Shown here piece after piece: positions 38,901 to 50,300 of a stretch of DNA of 64,000 nucleotides. The stretch comes from Stylophora pistillata (taxonomy: Eukaryota), in NCBI RefSeq assembly GCF_002571385.2, contig NW_019218033.1:215576-279575 (forward strand), in the 5' to 3' direction. Below the pieces are notes generated by a model. It was given only the letters and a program-made list of their open reading frames with translations, was not told where the DNA came from and did no database searches. Each line of letters opens with the position of its first letter. Position 1 is the first letter of the stretch. A program made the translations under genes and the position numbers.

Positions 38901-41900
38901 CATGATGGGAGGATATCAGGACGGGAGGATATCAGGACGGGAGGATATCAGGATGGAAGGATATCAGGATGGAAGGATATCAGGATGGAAGGATATCAGG
39001 ATGGGAGGATATCAGGATGGGAGGATATAAGGATGGAAGGATATTAGGATGGGAGGATATCAGGATGGAAGGATATCAGGATGGGAGGATATCAGGACGG
39101 GAGGATATTAGGATGGGAGGATATCAGGATGGAAGGATATTAGGATGGGAGGATATCAGGATGGAAGGATATTAGGATGGAAGGATATCAGGGTGGGAGG
39201 ATATCAGGATGGATGGATGGAACCCTTTATTTAAATAAGGCATTTTATCAAATTAAAATATACAGCGATATTAAAATTTGGTTTACATAAAATCCGTACG
39301 CAATACAAGTTATATATTTACAATTAGAAAGCTTAATGTTCTAGAACTAGCTTTGCTGGTGGTGATAGTAATAGTCCAGCTTACCCATAAACTTTTTTAG
39401 CAACGTTTCTTCCTTTAAACTGTTTGGCAAATCATTCCAGATTCTTGCTCCGGTAAATGCAAAACTGTTTCAGTAAAAATCTGTGTGACTTTTAGGGAGC
39501 GCAAGATTCATTCTGAAAGATCGCAGTCCATAATAATGAAAAGAGGCGCTATGGGTAAACATTTCAGACAGGTACAGGGGAGTGAGAGCATTTAGTATTT
39601 TAAACATCAAAATGGCTTTTTGACGTTTTCTCATTGTTTCTAATGTCATCCAGCCTAATTTACAGAGAACATCACTAGATCTCTGCAAACAGGAAGCACC
39701 AGTTATTATTTGCGCTGCACAGTTTTGGAGCTTTTGCAAATTAACAATCTATGCAGTAAATGGTTTGAACCCGGGGGTAACATGTGAAGGTGTAGTCTGA
39801 TCGTCCGGGTGAGTGTAGTCCTGAGAACAATCTATGTTAATTTGGATGGAAGGATATCAGGATGGAACGATATCAGGATGGAAGTATATCAGGGTGGGAG
39901 GATATCAGGGTGGGAGGATATCAGGGTGGGAGGATATCAGGGTGGGAGGATATCAGGGTGGGTGGATATCAGGATGGAAGAATATCGGGATGGAAGGATA
40001 TCGGGATGGGAGGATATCAGGATGGGAGGAGATCAGGATGGAAGGATATCGGGATGGGAGGATATCAGGACAGGAGGATATCAGGATGGAAGGATATCAG
40101 GATGGAAGAATATTGGGATGGAAGGATATCAGGATGGAAGGATATCGGGATGGAAGGATATCAGGATGGAAGGATATCAGGATGGGAGGATATCAGGATG
40201 GAAGGATATCAGGATGGGAGGATATCAGGATGGGAGGATATCAGGATGGGAGGATATCAGGATGGAAGGATATCAGGATGGAAGGATATCAGGATGGAAG
40301 GATATCAGGATGGAAGGATATCAGGATGGAAGGATATCAAGATAGAAGGAGGGATGGATGGGTGGGTGGCAGGAGGCATAGAAGGATGGGTGGGTGGCAA
40401 GATGGATGAAGGGATGGAAGGATGGGTGGAGGGATGGAAGGATGGGTGGAGGGATGGATGGGTGGAGGGATGGATGAATGGGTGGAGGGATGGAAAGATG
40501 GGTGGAGAGATGGATGGATGGGTGGTGGGATAGATGGAGGGACGGAAGGTTGAATGAATGGGTGGAGGGATGGACCGTTGGAAGGGTGGATAACACAGAC
40601 ACTTACCAAGCTTCAACAGCCTACAAACTACTTTTAAACAAAGCCACTGCAACTCCGGTATGACCAATAGCCATTTGCAATAGAAAAACTATGATCAGAT
40701 TATGATTGACAAATTTGAATTTTCAACCAACTTTTCACCCATAGATGTTTCCTTTACCCTGCGTAATCCTTCCAAACCCCTGATATAATAAATAACAACT
40801 CTAGGAGCTATGTATTAACCTGTAGGTGGTCCTCTTTATCATCCACAATATCTTGGGGAACATTCCTTTTCTTTTGAACACAATCATCTCTTTTGGCCTT
40901 TTATTGATAGAAATTAAACAGCAAATTAAGGTTACGTACTGTTTTACATAACAGCCATTAACAAAGCAAAGGAGTTCTAATTTGTAGCTCTCCAAAGCAA
41001 TGAGGTCAAGCTCAGAAACTTGTAAAAACCAGAATTGTTCATGATAAGTTATTGTGTTTCATGCAAAAAGCCCATCAGACACTCAACTGTAATAATATGA
41101 CAGCCATCTTTATCAGAAAGAGAGAAACAAAGGGAAATGTAGGAATTTGAACAAAATTGGTCACAAGTGAATGTCTGAGACTGTTGCATGTAAGTTACCT
41201 AATAGAATGTTAACATTTTTGTGTAAGAACAAATTATTCACTGTACAGGCATTACCACATAAGAAGTAATATCCTAAATTCAACTTGACTGCAAGTTTTG
41301 GGCAACACATATCTCTACACTCTATAAATTCAATTGTTTTTAAAACTTCTTCAGAGTCAAGTTTCAGAACAAAAGAAGTAAACATAATAATAAAAAAAAA
41401 ACATTTAGCTGTGCTTGCTAAGTCTCAACACCCTAACAAAAAAGTTACCTGCTGCTCTGGTGTGTATTGCCACTGTCACACAGTAAATGTGCAAAATATG
41501 AAAACTAGAAATAAAATTACTCTCTACATTGTCAAGAGCATTAAGTAGTGATGAGAGAAAGTGAGTGCACTTAAAAACAAATGCTACAAGAAACCTTTCT
41601 CAGCTCTATTGTGACCTCATTCCTCCTTTGTCTTAATGCCTGAAAAAAAAAAAAAAAAAGAAAAGAAAAAGACAGGCATTTCATGTTAAGAACTATTTGT
41701 AACAATTATACCTCATTATATTTGTAACAATCATACTTCATTTTTTTTTTAAACTGTACATATCTTATTGTAATCATTTTTATTTTCCTTTGGTTTCATC
41801 ATTCTTTGTAATAATATACTGTAGCTAGATCATTAGCAGGCAAAGAGCCACCTTGTGGAAGTACCACTAATAAAGTCGTTATTATCATTATTATGAGAAA

Positions 41901-43989
41901 ACTGTTGCATAACAATAAAAAATGATAAGCACTTGTACTAGTTCCATTCAAATTCGCTCCCTGCCTGCTGACTCTGACGTGCACCCCTTTTCTTTGCAAG
42001 AAATAATGATAGTAAAGAGAGCATATTGTGTACAGTTATAGTTTCTTACATGTACACACACTTTACTATCATTCTTTCTGATCATCTTTAAAGATATGTC
42101 TATGCAAACTTTTAAATCCAGAAAACAGACTAGCTCCTAGTTATGACCTTGGAAAGTTATAATTCAAGAGCAGTTTTTGTTGAAAACAATGTGAACATCA
42201 TGATGCTGTCCTACTGCACTCCTCACAAGAACTATCTTGTTGACAGCTTGATCAAGTAAATCCTTGTAATCTACAATGCAATATCCTTTCAAATCAGTGA
42301 TAGCAGAGGCAAACAAGGATATGCAAAGAAGGAGAGAACAGGTGAATAGAAAAAAAACTATGAATCTGAAGCTTCTTGTAACTTTTTAAGCATGCAAATT
42401 TTTCGAAAGCTTACAATATCACACAACTGATCAACACTATGGAAGTCCCTTACAATTATGCTGACATGCTCACACAAATCGGATGGCATGGTGTAGTTGC
42501 ACGTGCCATAGCTATGCAGAGACTTTCTTTTTTAATACAGCTACTGATTGGTTTCAAAGCAAAAATATCTCCCCAAAAAAGGTGAAAAAGAGTCCAAAAT
42601 AGCACCTTTTGAGTGACTTACTATTGCAAACTATTATTGTTGGCCTGGGCAATATGACTGCCATTTGAAAAAAAGCAGAGAAGGGCTCTAATGTCATTTG
42701 CTTTTCAGCAAAGCTCAAATTTTGCGAGGCAAAATACTTGTTTGATTCAAAAGTTGGAAGTGTGATCATTTCAATATCTTTTTATACACTCATTAACAAG
42801 ACTTAAAACTGCACTTGACTATGCACCAAGATTCATTAACATAACCTTGCAAGATCACCACATTGCTCCTGTTCCATTAAAGATTCACCATGGACAAAAC
42901 AGATTATTGAAAGTTCCCTCCACATCAGGACAGGTTTGTTTAACAGAGCTTCAACTTTCAACCTTTCAAGCTGAATCTTCAAGCAATGAACGAAACTTAA
43001 AACAAACTGCTGTATCTCTTCTGGCGCAATAACCATTCCCCCATAAGACATTAACAAATGACTATCCAATCGCCTATTCAGTAAAAAAATTTTTAAGAAA
43101 GCCACTGTTCCTTACCAAAAGATGCCAGATAAGATTGGCTACAAGTACAGGTTGGTATTCAAACCAAAAACAAAGCAATCAAAAGGAAAGAATAAGATAG
43201 GGAAAAGAGACATCACATGGTACTACCATTTACCGCTGGAAAAAAAGTTCCAATTAACAGTCCACAAATGCTTCCTGAAAGACCATGCATTTAAACAACA
43301 TCTACAACAGATACAATCTAACAATCAGCTACTTGTGCATCCCACATAAACACATCCCACATACATAAAAAAAAAGTGCTCGCAAAAGGAAAGATGTCAT
43401 GAGACCAAACTGGCATACCAAGCAATCTTAGCGATAGAAAATTAACAACAGACTCGTACACAAGGCTAGCCACACATTTTAGGAACACCACTAAAACCAT
43501 GAGAGACAAAACAGAAATGTCGCAAACACCTACGTTCACTTGAAAAAAAGGGAAACCCTTTAAAAAAAATGGAAAGTACTCAGTGAATGCCAACCATGCG
43601 AAAATATTAGCAAGGAATTTTAACCAGTGCCTTCATGTAAAATTTCTAACCACTTGTGGAAAAGATCTATGGAAGGAGGTACGTGTACACACCACTCAGT
43701 ATATATATCAAGAAGGTGAAACGGGTGTAAACTCCTACCTCTCATAAGGTAGTAACAGTCAGTTATGTCCAGTATATCAAAAAACCCTCTTTGATGAGGA
43801 ACCACTCACATGGCTAGAGTTACAACTTGTCATGAGTGAACACATGCTGCACGATGCAGCTGTCGCATGCCAACACTCATTCAAATTCACCCGCCAACAG
43901 TGAAACATTGAAAAAATATTACTCACCGATTGATCTTTGTCTTTGTTTTTGTAATACCTCTGCCTTGAATCTGTACTCTTAGTGGACAT
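23958..43989 (-). CDS. KPNA4: Importin subunit alpha, alpha-3 clade (KPNA3/KPNA4-like), 514 aa, 24 coding exons
   Basis: Exons: 43989-43927, 41639-41595, 40897-40820, 38386-38360, 38011-37959, 37177-37130, 36301-36254, 35266-35181, 34055-33969, 33184-33102, 32899-32813, 32594-32550, 32017-31955, 31441-31373, 31140-31084, 30596-30525, 30004-29951, 28608-28558, 28376-28305, 27717-27649, 27046-27005, 26680-26629, 25201-25110, 24059-23958 (sum 1545 nt). IBB domain ([18 protein letters not shown]) and ARM repeats ([46 protein letters not shown]). KPNA3 versus KPNA4 cannot be resolved here. Confidence 0.93.
25298..25582. repeat. Two-variant 44/46-bp minisatellite (A-B-B-B-A-B-partial)
   Basis: Every unit starts CATGGCACCTCG(C)T and continues with tail A (TACTCAGCCCCTGYACTAACACCTACAGTGTT) or tail B (ATCTTTGTCCCCGTGCCAACATGTATAGTG). 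Confidence 0.9.
28655..28841 (-). mobile_element. tRNA-derived SINE with V-domain-like core, internally deleted
   Basis: The minus strand has B-box-like GTGCGATTCCC and GGTTTTTCTCCGGGACCTCCGGTCTTC, similar to the V-SINE core motif. Confidence 0.6.
28939..29699 (-). mobile_element. Penelope-like element fragment (GIY-YIG C-terminus) with inverted terminal repeat and 13-bp TSD
   Basis: Decayed minus-strand peptide [20 protein letters not shown]...SYIGES...TEHKRATR...DSAECLTY...PLNRCQQ. Segments ~28948-29027 and ~29577-29660 are inverted copies. TSD CAATAAAT(T/C)CTAA at 28926-28938 and 29700-29712. Confidence 0.85.
33791..34900 (+). repeat. ~165-bp near-identical direct repeat pair (33791-33955 and 34736-34900) flanking KPNA exon 9
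   Basis: TTTTCCCGTTTTAAGGGAATTG...GTCTACAGCCTTTTTGT occurs twice with only a few substitutions. Confidence 0.9.
37447..37874. mobile_element. hAT-like MITE with a nested LINE 3' fragment (~37510-37760, minus strand, (CTAT)n tail)
   Basis: Termini CAGGGCTTGAC / GTCAAGCGCTA and internal CTAGCCAA repeats. The insert reads [12 protein letters not shown] on the minus strand and ends AATAAACGTCTATCTATC. Confidence 0.5.
38425..39220. repeat. 16-bp minisatellite GGATGG(A/G)AGGATATCA, left block, grading from (GGAT)n
   Basis: Seen directly; source of the repetitive [16 protein letters not shown] ORFs. Confidence 0.95.
39221..39740 (-). mobile_element. CR1/L2-group LINE 3' fragment inserted in the minisatellite
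   Basis: [13 protein letters not shown]...LGWMTL...MFKILN...LALPK...[14 protein letters not shown]. The 3' end AAATAAAGGGTT runs into (CCAT)n. Confidence 0.85.
39755..39830 (-). mobile_element. Penelope terminal repeat fragment
   Basis: AAATGGTTTGAAC...GTCTGATCGTCCGGGTGAGTGTAGTCCT, matching 28948-28975 and the reverse complement of 29630-29697. Confidence 0.7.
39844..40590. repeat. 16-bp minisatellite, right block, grading into (GGAT/GGGT/GGAG)n
   Basis: Seen directly. Confidence 0.95.
42740..43690 (+). mobile_element. Heavily decayed Penelope-like ORF relic in KPNA intron 1
   Basis: Frameshifted fragments [33 protein letters not shown]...KRDITWY, KCFLKDH and KWKVL resemble the RT-to-GIY-YIG linker of Penelope elements. 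Confidence 0.5.
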
Positions 43990-44323
43990 TGTGGCCGTTA
44001 GAATAATAAAACGCGAAGTCTTCACCGGCAGCGAAAATCCGCCATGAGTATCCCATACAATGTCTAAATTTGATTGCTACCAGCGCTGTAACGCATAGCC
44101 AAACCCAGAAATCAACTGACCGCATCTCAGCCGACTCAGCCTCATACCCAGTCGCACAGTCAGTCGAACATAAAAACTAACCGAGAAGCCCCTGGATACG
44201 AGGTAATAAAGTAGATTCATTCGATTCATGTAGCTGTACCCTCCCTCCCCTCCGTTCCTTCTTGTGGGGGGGTTACGGCTACACATGTGCTAGCTTCAGG
44301 CTTTTTAACTTATCTGCAAGAAC
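43990..44323. promoter_or_regulatory. Putative bidirectional promoter KPNA / ZNHIT6
   Basis: Divergent ATGs at 43989 (-) and 44324 (+). CpG-rich, with ATGGCGGA motifs on both strands. Confidence 0.72.
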
Positions 44324-47300
44324 ATGGCGGACAGTCTATCAAACGCGAAATGTGCGATGTGTTGTGAGAACACGGCAAAATATCGCTGTCCCACATGTGC
44401 TAAAATAACATGCAGGTCATGGATTTTTGTAAAATTACGTTCTGTTAGGGGTGTATGCATGTATACCAGCCTATAGCTAAGAAATGAGCGAGAGCCTTAA
44501 ATTAAAGATGCCTTCAGTTTTGGCTGAGTTTGGGACAAAATAATATCTAGCTAGATGTAAGTAAGGTTACTCTAGAAAGGGATAAGATTTTTGGCTAGAA
44601 ACTAAACTTGTCAATAAATAGAATGAAAAAAAATAGCTGACTTCAGTCTGTGATATTTGTAGAATCACTTTTTTTTTTAATCTCCATGGGTGCTGTGTGA
44701 ACTGTAATATGAATTAGTGCAACTAAGTATTTGATGTGATTGATTTCTAGTCTAAGATGTGTAAAGAGTCACAAGTTGACATTCCAGTGTTCAGGAGTGC
44801 GCTGTAAGACCAAGTTTGTATCACTTGACAACTACAAGTGCAGTAATTTACAATCGGGTGAGTAATCTACTTGCATTGGTCACAAAATCGTAGGATATAG
44901 AAATAAGAAATTTGTTCAGAATTGAAATTATATGTGGTTAAACTTTAAATACTTGTAGCCAAAGAGAATGCTGATTAATATGGTCAGTCTCTATTTGATA
45001 ACCTGCTTATGGTGTAGATGACTAAATTTACAATACTACTTCATTCAAATACACGATACATAATTATTTGAAAAGGTGGACCGTGAGGTTATCCCTATAA
45101 AGGTTCCCTACCACCCAATCCCAGTAAACAGGCCGAACCACACCACAGTAATCTCGTGAGTGGGTTCTTTAACATCCCCCGCCTAACCAAATTAACTAAT
45201 TAATAGATGCAGGAGACGGGACCTACGGTTTATTAGTCCTTTTCCAAGAAGACTAGAATGTCTATCCATTTCTTGATATTATGGAAAGGTAGCACATTCT
45301 CCTCAGTTATTTTAAGACCTTAAGTGTTGGTCCGGCCTGGGCTCAAACCCTCGACCTCCTGCACAACAGTCGGGCATTCTAACCAATTATTGAGCTAACC
45401 AGGTGGTTACAATTTAACTTGTTTAAAGAAGAATAGGTTGTAGGGAATTTTCTCATAAATAATAGTTCTAGATGGGTTCCCATGGCCACTGAGTACTCAA
45501 CCAAAGAAATTACCTTCCATGTGTTTTAACTAATATTAAGACTTTACAAACTATGACAAGATTTGTGTTTAGTTTATCAACACTTTGAAGTAAGCATGCC
45601 TTAAAGACAAAAACAACTAAAACAATTTATCCTTATTAATTTTATGATCATCTTTTATGATCTTTACTAAGCAGCTAATGTGAAGACCAATGAACAGTAA
45701 AATACAAACCCTGAATCACTTTCATTTTGAGAAATGAAAGGGAAATCAAACTTAAACACTTCATATGCCCTTGCTTCTAGATGATTTTTATTGTCTAGTT
45801 TGTAGTTTGTATTGTTCAAAAGTGATACCCACAGATTTCTATACACTTTGGTTCTGCTTTGTAGACCTTGTGTTTTTGGAGGACATGGACAGACTTGTGA
45901 ACTCTACAGCACATCATAGTAAAAACAAGTTGAACAGAAGACGTCAGAACTTTCAGGTGGATATAGTTTTATGTTTGAAAATTAACTGAAGTTTCCTTGC
46001 TTGGCCGTTGATAACCAGACTTCACTGAGATTGGAAGGTGTGAAGAAATCAATAATGTCAAGTTTATGAAAATAGAATTCTTCAGAATCCATAGGCTTAC
46101 TATACTGAGCATGATTTGTGGTTTCAGATTCAAATGAAAGCTGATTTGTCAACCCACTTTATCTGTGTTGTATCCTAGGAAATTCAAGGACGAAATTATA
46201 AACAAACCAGCAATGAACATGAACATTCCAAGATTCCTTTTATTCCTATTCTTTCCTGCGCAGGTGCATCCATGAACACGTAACACAACTATGACATAAC
46301 TTAATATAATGTAACACAAGTATAACAAAACAAGGTCACGATATAACAATCTGGAGTTGAACAGTTATAGATAAAGGCAAAAGGGGAAGGTTTAAGCTTT
46401 ACCCCTTTAAGAAAGCATCAGTTTAGTAAGAATCCATAGGTACTCACCCCCTACAGCATACCTTTTACAAATTACTGATTGGTAGACCTCAATATTTATA
46501 TTATTGAGTAGTTACAAAACAACTTTTCATTTGAAGAGAACTGACTTGGAAACAAAGACAAAACTCTGAAAATTGTACCAACTTGCAAGAGATATAATGT
46601 GTATCTCAGCCCAGACTGTAAACTTATAAAATTGAGCCAATTTAGAGTTAACAAGATTGGAAAAGTGGTTCAATGGTCATAGCAACCTGTCATTTTATCA
46701 ACTTATGCAGAAGTATTGTCTGAGGGTTCCCATCTCACATCAACAATATTTGATCCCCAAACCATTTACTGTATGTAACAGAGCATGTTTTTGATTGAGT
46801 ATTATGAAAGCAAAGCCAAAAGAATCAAAACAGCCAATCAGAAGAAAAGAAAACACCCCTAAGGGTAGATGAAAACTAAAACTAAAAAGTAATTAGAAGC
46901 CAATCACCAAAAGTGGGGGAAAATGTGACTAACCAAGTCATGATTGGGTTTAAAGGCTGATAGTTTCGAAAGAAACTGTTTGGGGCTGCATCGGTGGGAG
47001 TAACGAAATAATTTGGATATATCAACAAAGTTGAAATGGTAAATTGGCCACCGTAATGAGTACAAAAGCTGACGTTTCGAGCGTTAGCCCTTGGTCGGAG
47101 CGAATAGAGGAATTGTGGGTTGTGTGTGCTTTTAAAGGCAGAAAATGGAGCTACGTTATTGTTGGGAACATGGCAACGAGAAAAACAGGAGTAAATTAGT
47201 GGAATGAAAAGCGTTCGTTGATCCCTGTGGGATTGAGACTGCCAGTTTGAAAGATGATTGGGTTTAGTCTTGCATCTGATTGATTGTGAGAGGAAAACAA

Positions 47301-50300
47301 ATTACAGAGCACAGTAAAGCAAAAACAATGCAATCCAGGATTACTTTCCACATGTACACTTAATTCAAAACACTGCTCTTCTTATTTGTTTGATTACTTT
47401 AAATTGTTTAGGTTAGGCAGCTTTGTCTGGTAGCAAAGCAACATGGTGTGGATTTAAAGCTCTTACCTTATGGAATGTCCAGGAGGAAGGAGAATACAAC
47501 AGTTTTTAACAGAAAGTAAGTAACTAAGTCATATACTTGACTGTGTTAATTATCATTTTTGGTCTTTATTTACTGCAGTTAGTTTTAATGTGGGATAAGA
47601 CAACAACTTTCTTACACATCTACTCAGTAGCTTCTCTATAGGAACCTTTAAACCTCCTACTAACAGTGCATTAGAAATAATCAGAGGCTAGAACTAGACC
47701 AGAAGATACCAACATTATCAAATCCAGCTCATCAAATGACCAGGATAAACCAAAGAAATTTCAATTTGTCTGTTGACTGCAAAAAGTTAAATATCACATG
47801 TGGTCTCTCTAATTACTTCTTTAACATGTGTGTGGGTTTTTCATGAGTATGAAAAAGAAAACATTATATGTGACAAGTGAAAACCCTCTGAATCTTAAAG
47901 GAATTGCACACCATTTTCTGTCAATTAACAAAGTACACTGTAATCCATAAAAGATTTTGTTCCAGCAATGCCTTTGTCCTGTCACTTAGTCTTGCCTCAA
48001 AGATAGGCTAAAAAAAAAATGTGTAAAACTGAAAACCTTGTAAGGTGCAACAAAAAATGTGAAAGTATAGGAAATTTGTAACCTTTGGTTGGACTTGGTG
48101 ACAAAGCTCTCCCATGCTATGAATTATGAACAACCTTCAGGTGCAAGACAGTGGAGAGGGTCAAGGGTTCAAGAAGCAAGCATTTTTCTATAATGAACAG
48201 TAAAATTAATTCAAGAGCTTATTTTTAAAACAACCAAACTTCTATTCTTGCACATAGGCCACGATGCATGCAGTTATGATATTCATCCTATCAATTAGAC
48301 AAAAGATAGGATGCTTCAATACATGTGAAAAAAGTAATTGCATACATTCTTTGCTCCCTTAAAGCTCCCAATTTGTGCCTTCGTACCTAAATTGGTTGTA
48401 ACACTTTAGCTAGTATCTGCTACCAATTAGTGCCCATTCGGGAGGCACCAGTCAGAATGCCATTAAAGTCTGAATTGTTCGAGCTTCTATTTTACAATTT
48501 ATTTAACTACAAGAGCTCAGCAGGGAGAATCACTTTTTATTTCCAGAATGTTAATAAATGTAATATTTGGTTTCACATTTTTCCACCCACTCCAGATTAG
48601 TGATCAGTTGTGAATGTGATGTTGTATAGAGCTGAGTCACATGCAAGCTTCTGTGTGCTTTCCAGTTTGAACTGCCCCCCCCCCCATTCTACTTAAACAA
48701 TAAAGTGTTTCTGTCAAGGAACTATCAGCTAATATTTCGATCAAGGAACTATCAGCTAATATTTCGATCAAGGAACTATCAGCTAATAGTTGCCCCACAG
48801 GAATTTGAAATATTTGCCCTAGAAGCTAGGCTTCGAGGGCAAATATCCTAGTTTTAAGAACATCAAATTTCCAAGGGGCAACTATCAGACTGATAGTTCT
48901 GAGACATTAACACTCTATTGTCTCAATTGTTCACCACTAAATTTTCTTCCGTGCGCCAGTTGAAAAACAGTCAAAACCTAATAAATGCAGATCAATCAAA
49001 TATTTATTCAAGACGTGTACAGCCTGTCGCAAATGTCAACAATTCGCAACCGTACATGGGCTAAAATTAATAATACGTTATACCTGTCAGAATTGAAAAG
49101 TCACTGTTTTTCTGATCTGCTTAACTTCACGGCTGTCAAACCATTAAAAAAATCCAGTTTTTTCCACAGATGGGCACTATAGGCTGATAGTGTCTCTCCA
49201 CAGATGAATACTATCGCATCACGTGATCAATTTAACCAATAAGAATGGGAGAAAATTTAGTGGTGAACTATAAGGTCTCATAGTGGTCAATCACTTAAAC
49301 TTAAAATTTTTTTCTCTGTCTTCCTATGTAGGGAAAAGTGCATTAAGTGGAGAATTCAGTGGCTATTCCCTGAGGCTGGAGTGGAATATACTGACAAATG
49401 GTAGGACTCTTAAAGAGGTGTTTTCTTTTCAAAATATCTTTTATGGTGATGAACTTAATTATTTGTACACCATGTGAATTGTACTTTCTAGATTTACTTT
49501 TATAGTTATAATTTCCCTATGAAACCAGTCTCATGGAGTACTCCTCTTCTTGTTTCTCTTTTTGTTTTTGTTTCCGGTTTTTTTTTGTCGGTGATACAAT
49601 TGGATTATGCAGTGTTTCAGAACAAGAAATCTTAGGAGATGCCCTTATAAAGTATATAGACCCTGAAAAAGCAGATGTTGTTTACAAACAAAGGTAGTGT
49701 ACAGTAGTTGGCTGAAAGAAGGTATACATTATGTAACTTACCTTACTCACATATTGCTCTAAAATGATGTTTGTAAATAAATTAATCAGAAGTGCTTCTG
49801 TGGAAGGTCAGCAGATTATGCATTTGGCTTATGCATTTGGCTGAAACCTAACTTGACTTTCAGGTCATATTTCACATAGTCTTAACGTGGGACGTTATGT
49901 TCCAACAAACCAACTACTTGAAGAGGTTTAGTTTAGAAAATGAACCCTGAAATATGGCCTCCAAAATGTAAATCACTGTACTGTCAAAAGATTAAATTAA
50001 ATTATTATGTGTTATTATAGAAAGTAATTTCGTTGCCATTACTCTTGTTTTATTTCAACAGTTTAAAGAACTATTTTGAATTTGGAACCCAAGGAGTATG
50101 CGTGTTTTTAAAAAATGAGCTTGTTCCAGGGACCAAAATTAGGTAAAGTGAATTATCATGTTTAGTCTCCTTCAGGTGTGAAATTCAACAGTTTGGAACA
50201 TTCAAATAAGCCACAAATAATAGCTGTTGAAAACCAGTTTCAGCATTTTGTTATTGACACAATAATAGACTGTAATTGTAAAGGATGTCAATTTTACTAT

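Noticed and set aside
38471-40667. Long repetitive ORFs ([16 protein letters not shown]; HPSI-rich)
   Set aside because: A stop-free 16-bp unit gives the same peptide in all three frames. It is intronic in KPNA with no splice or promoter support.
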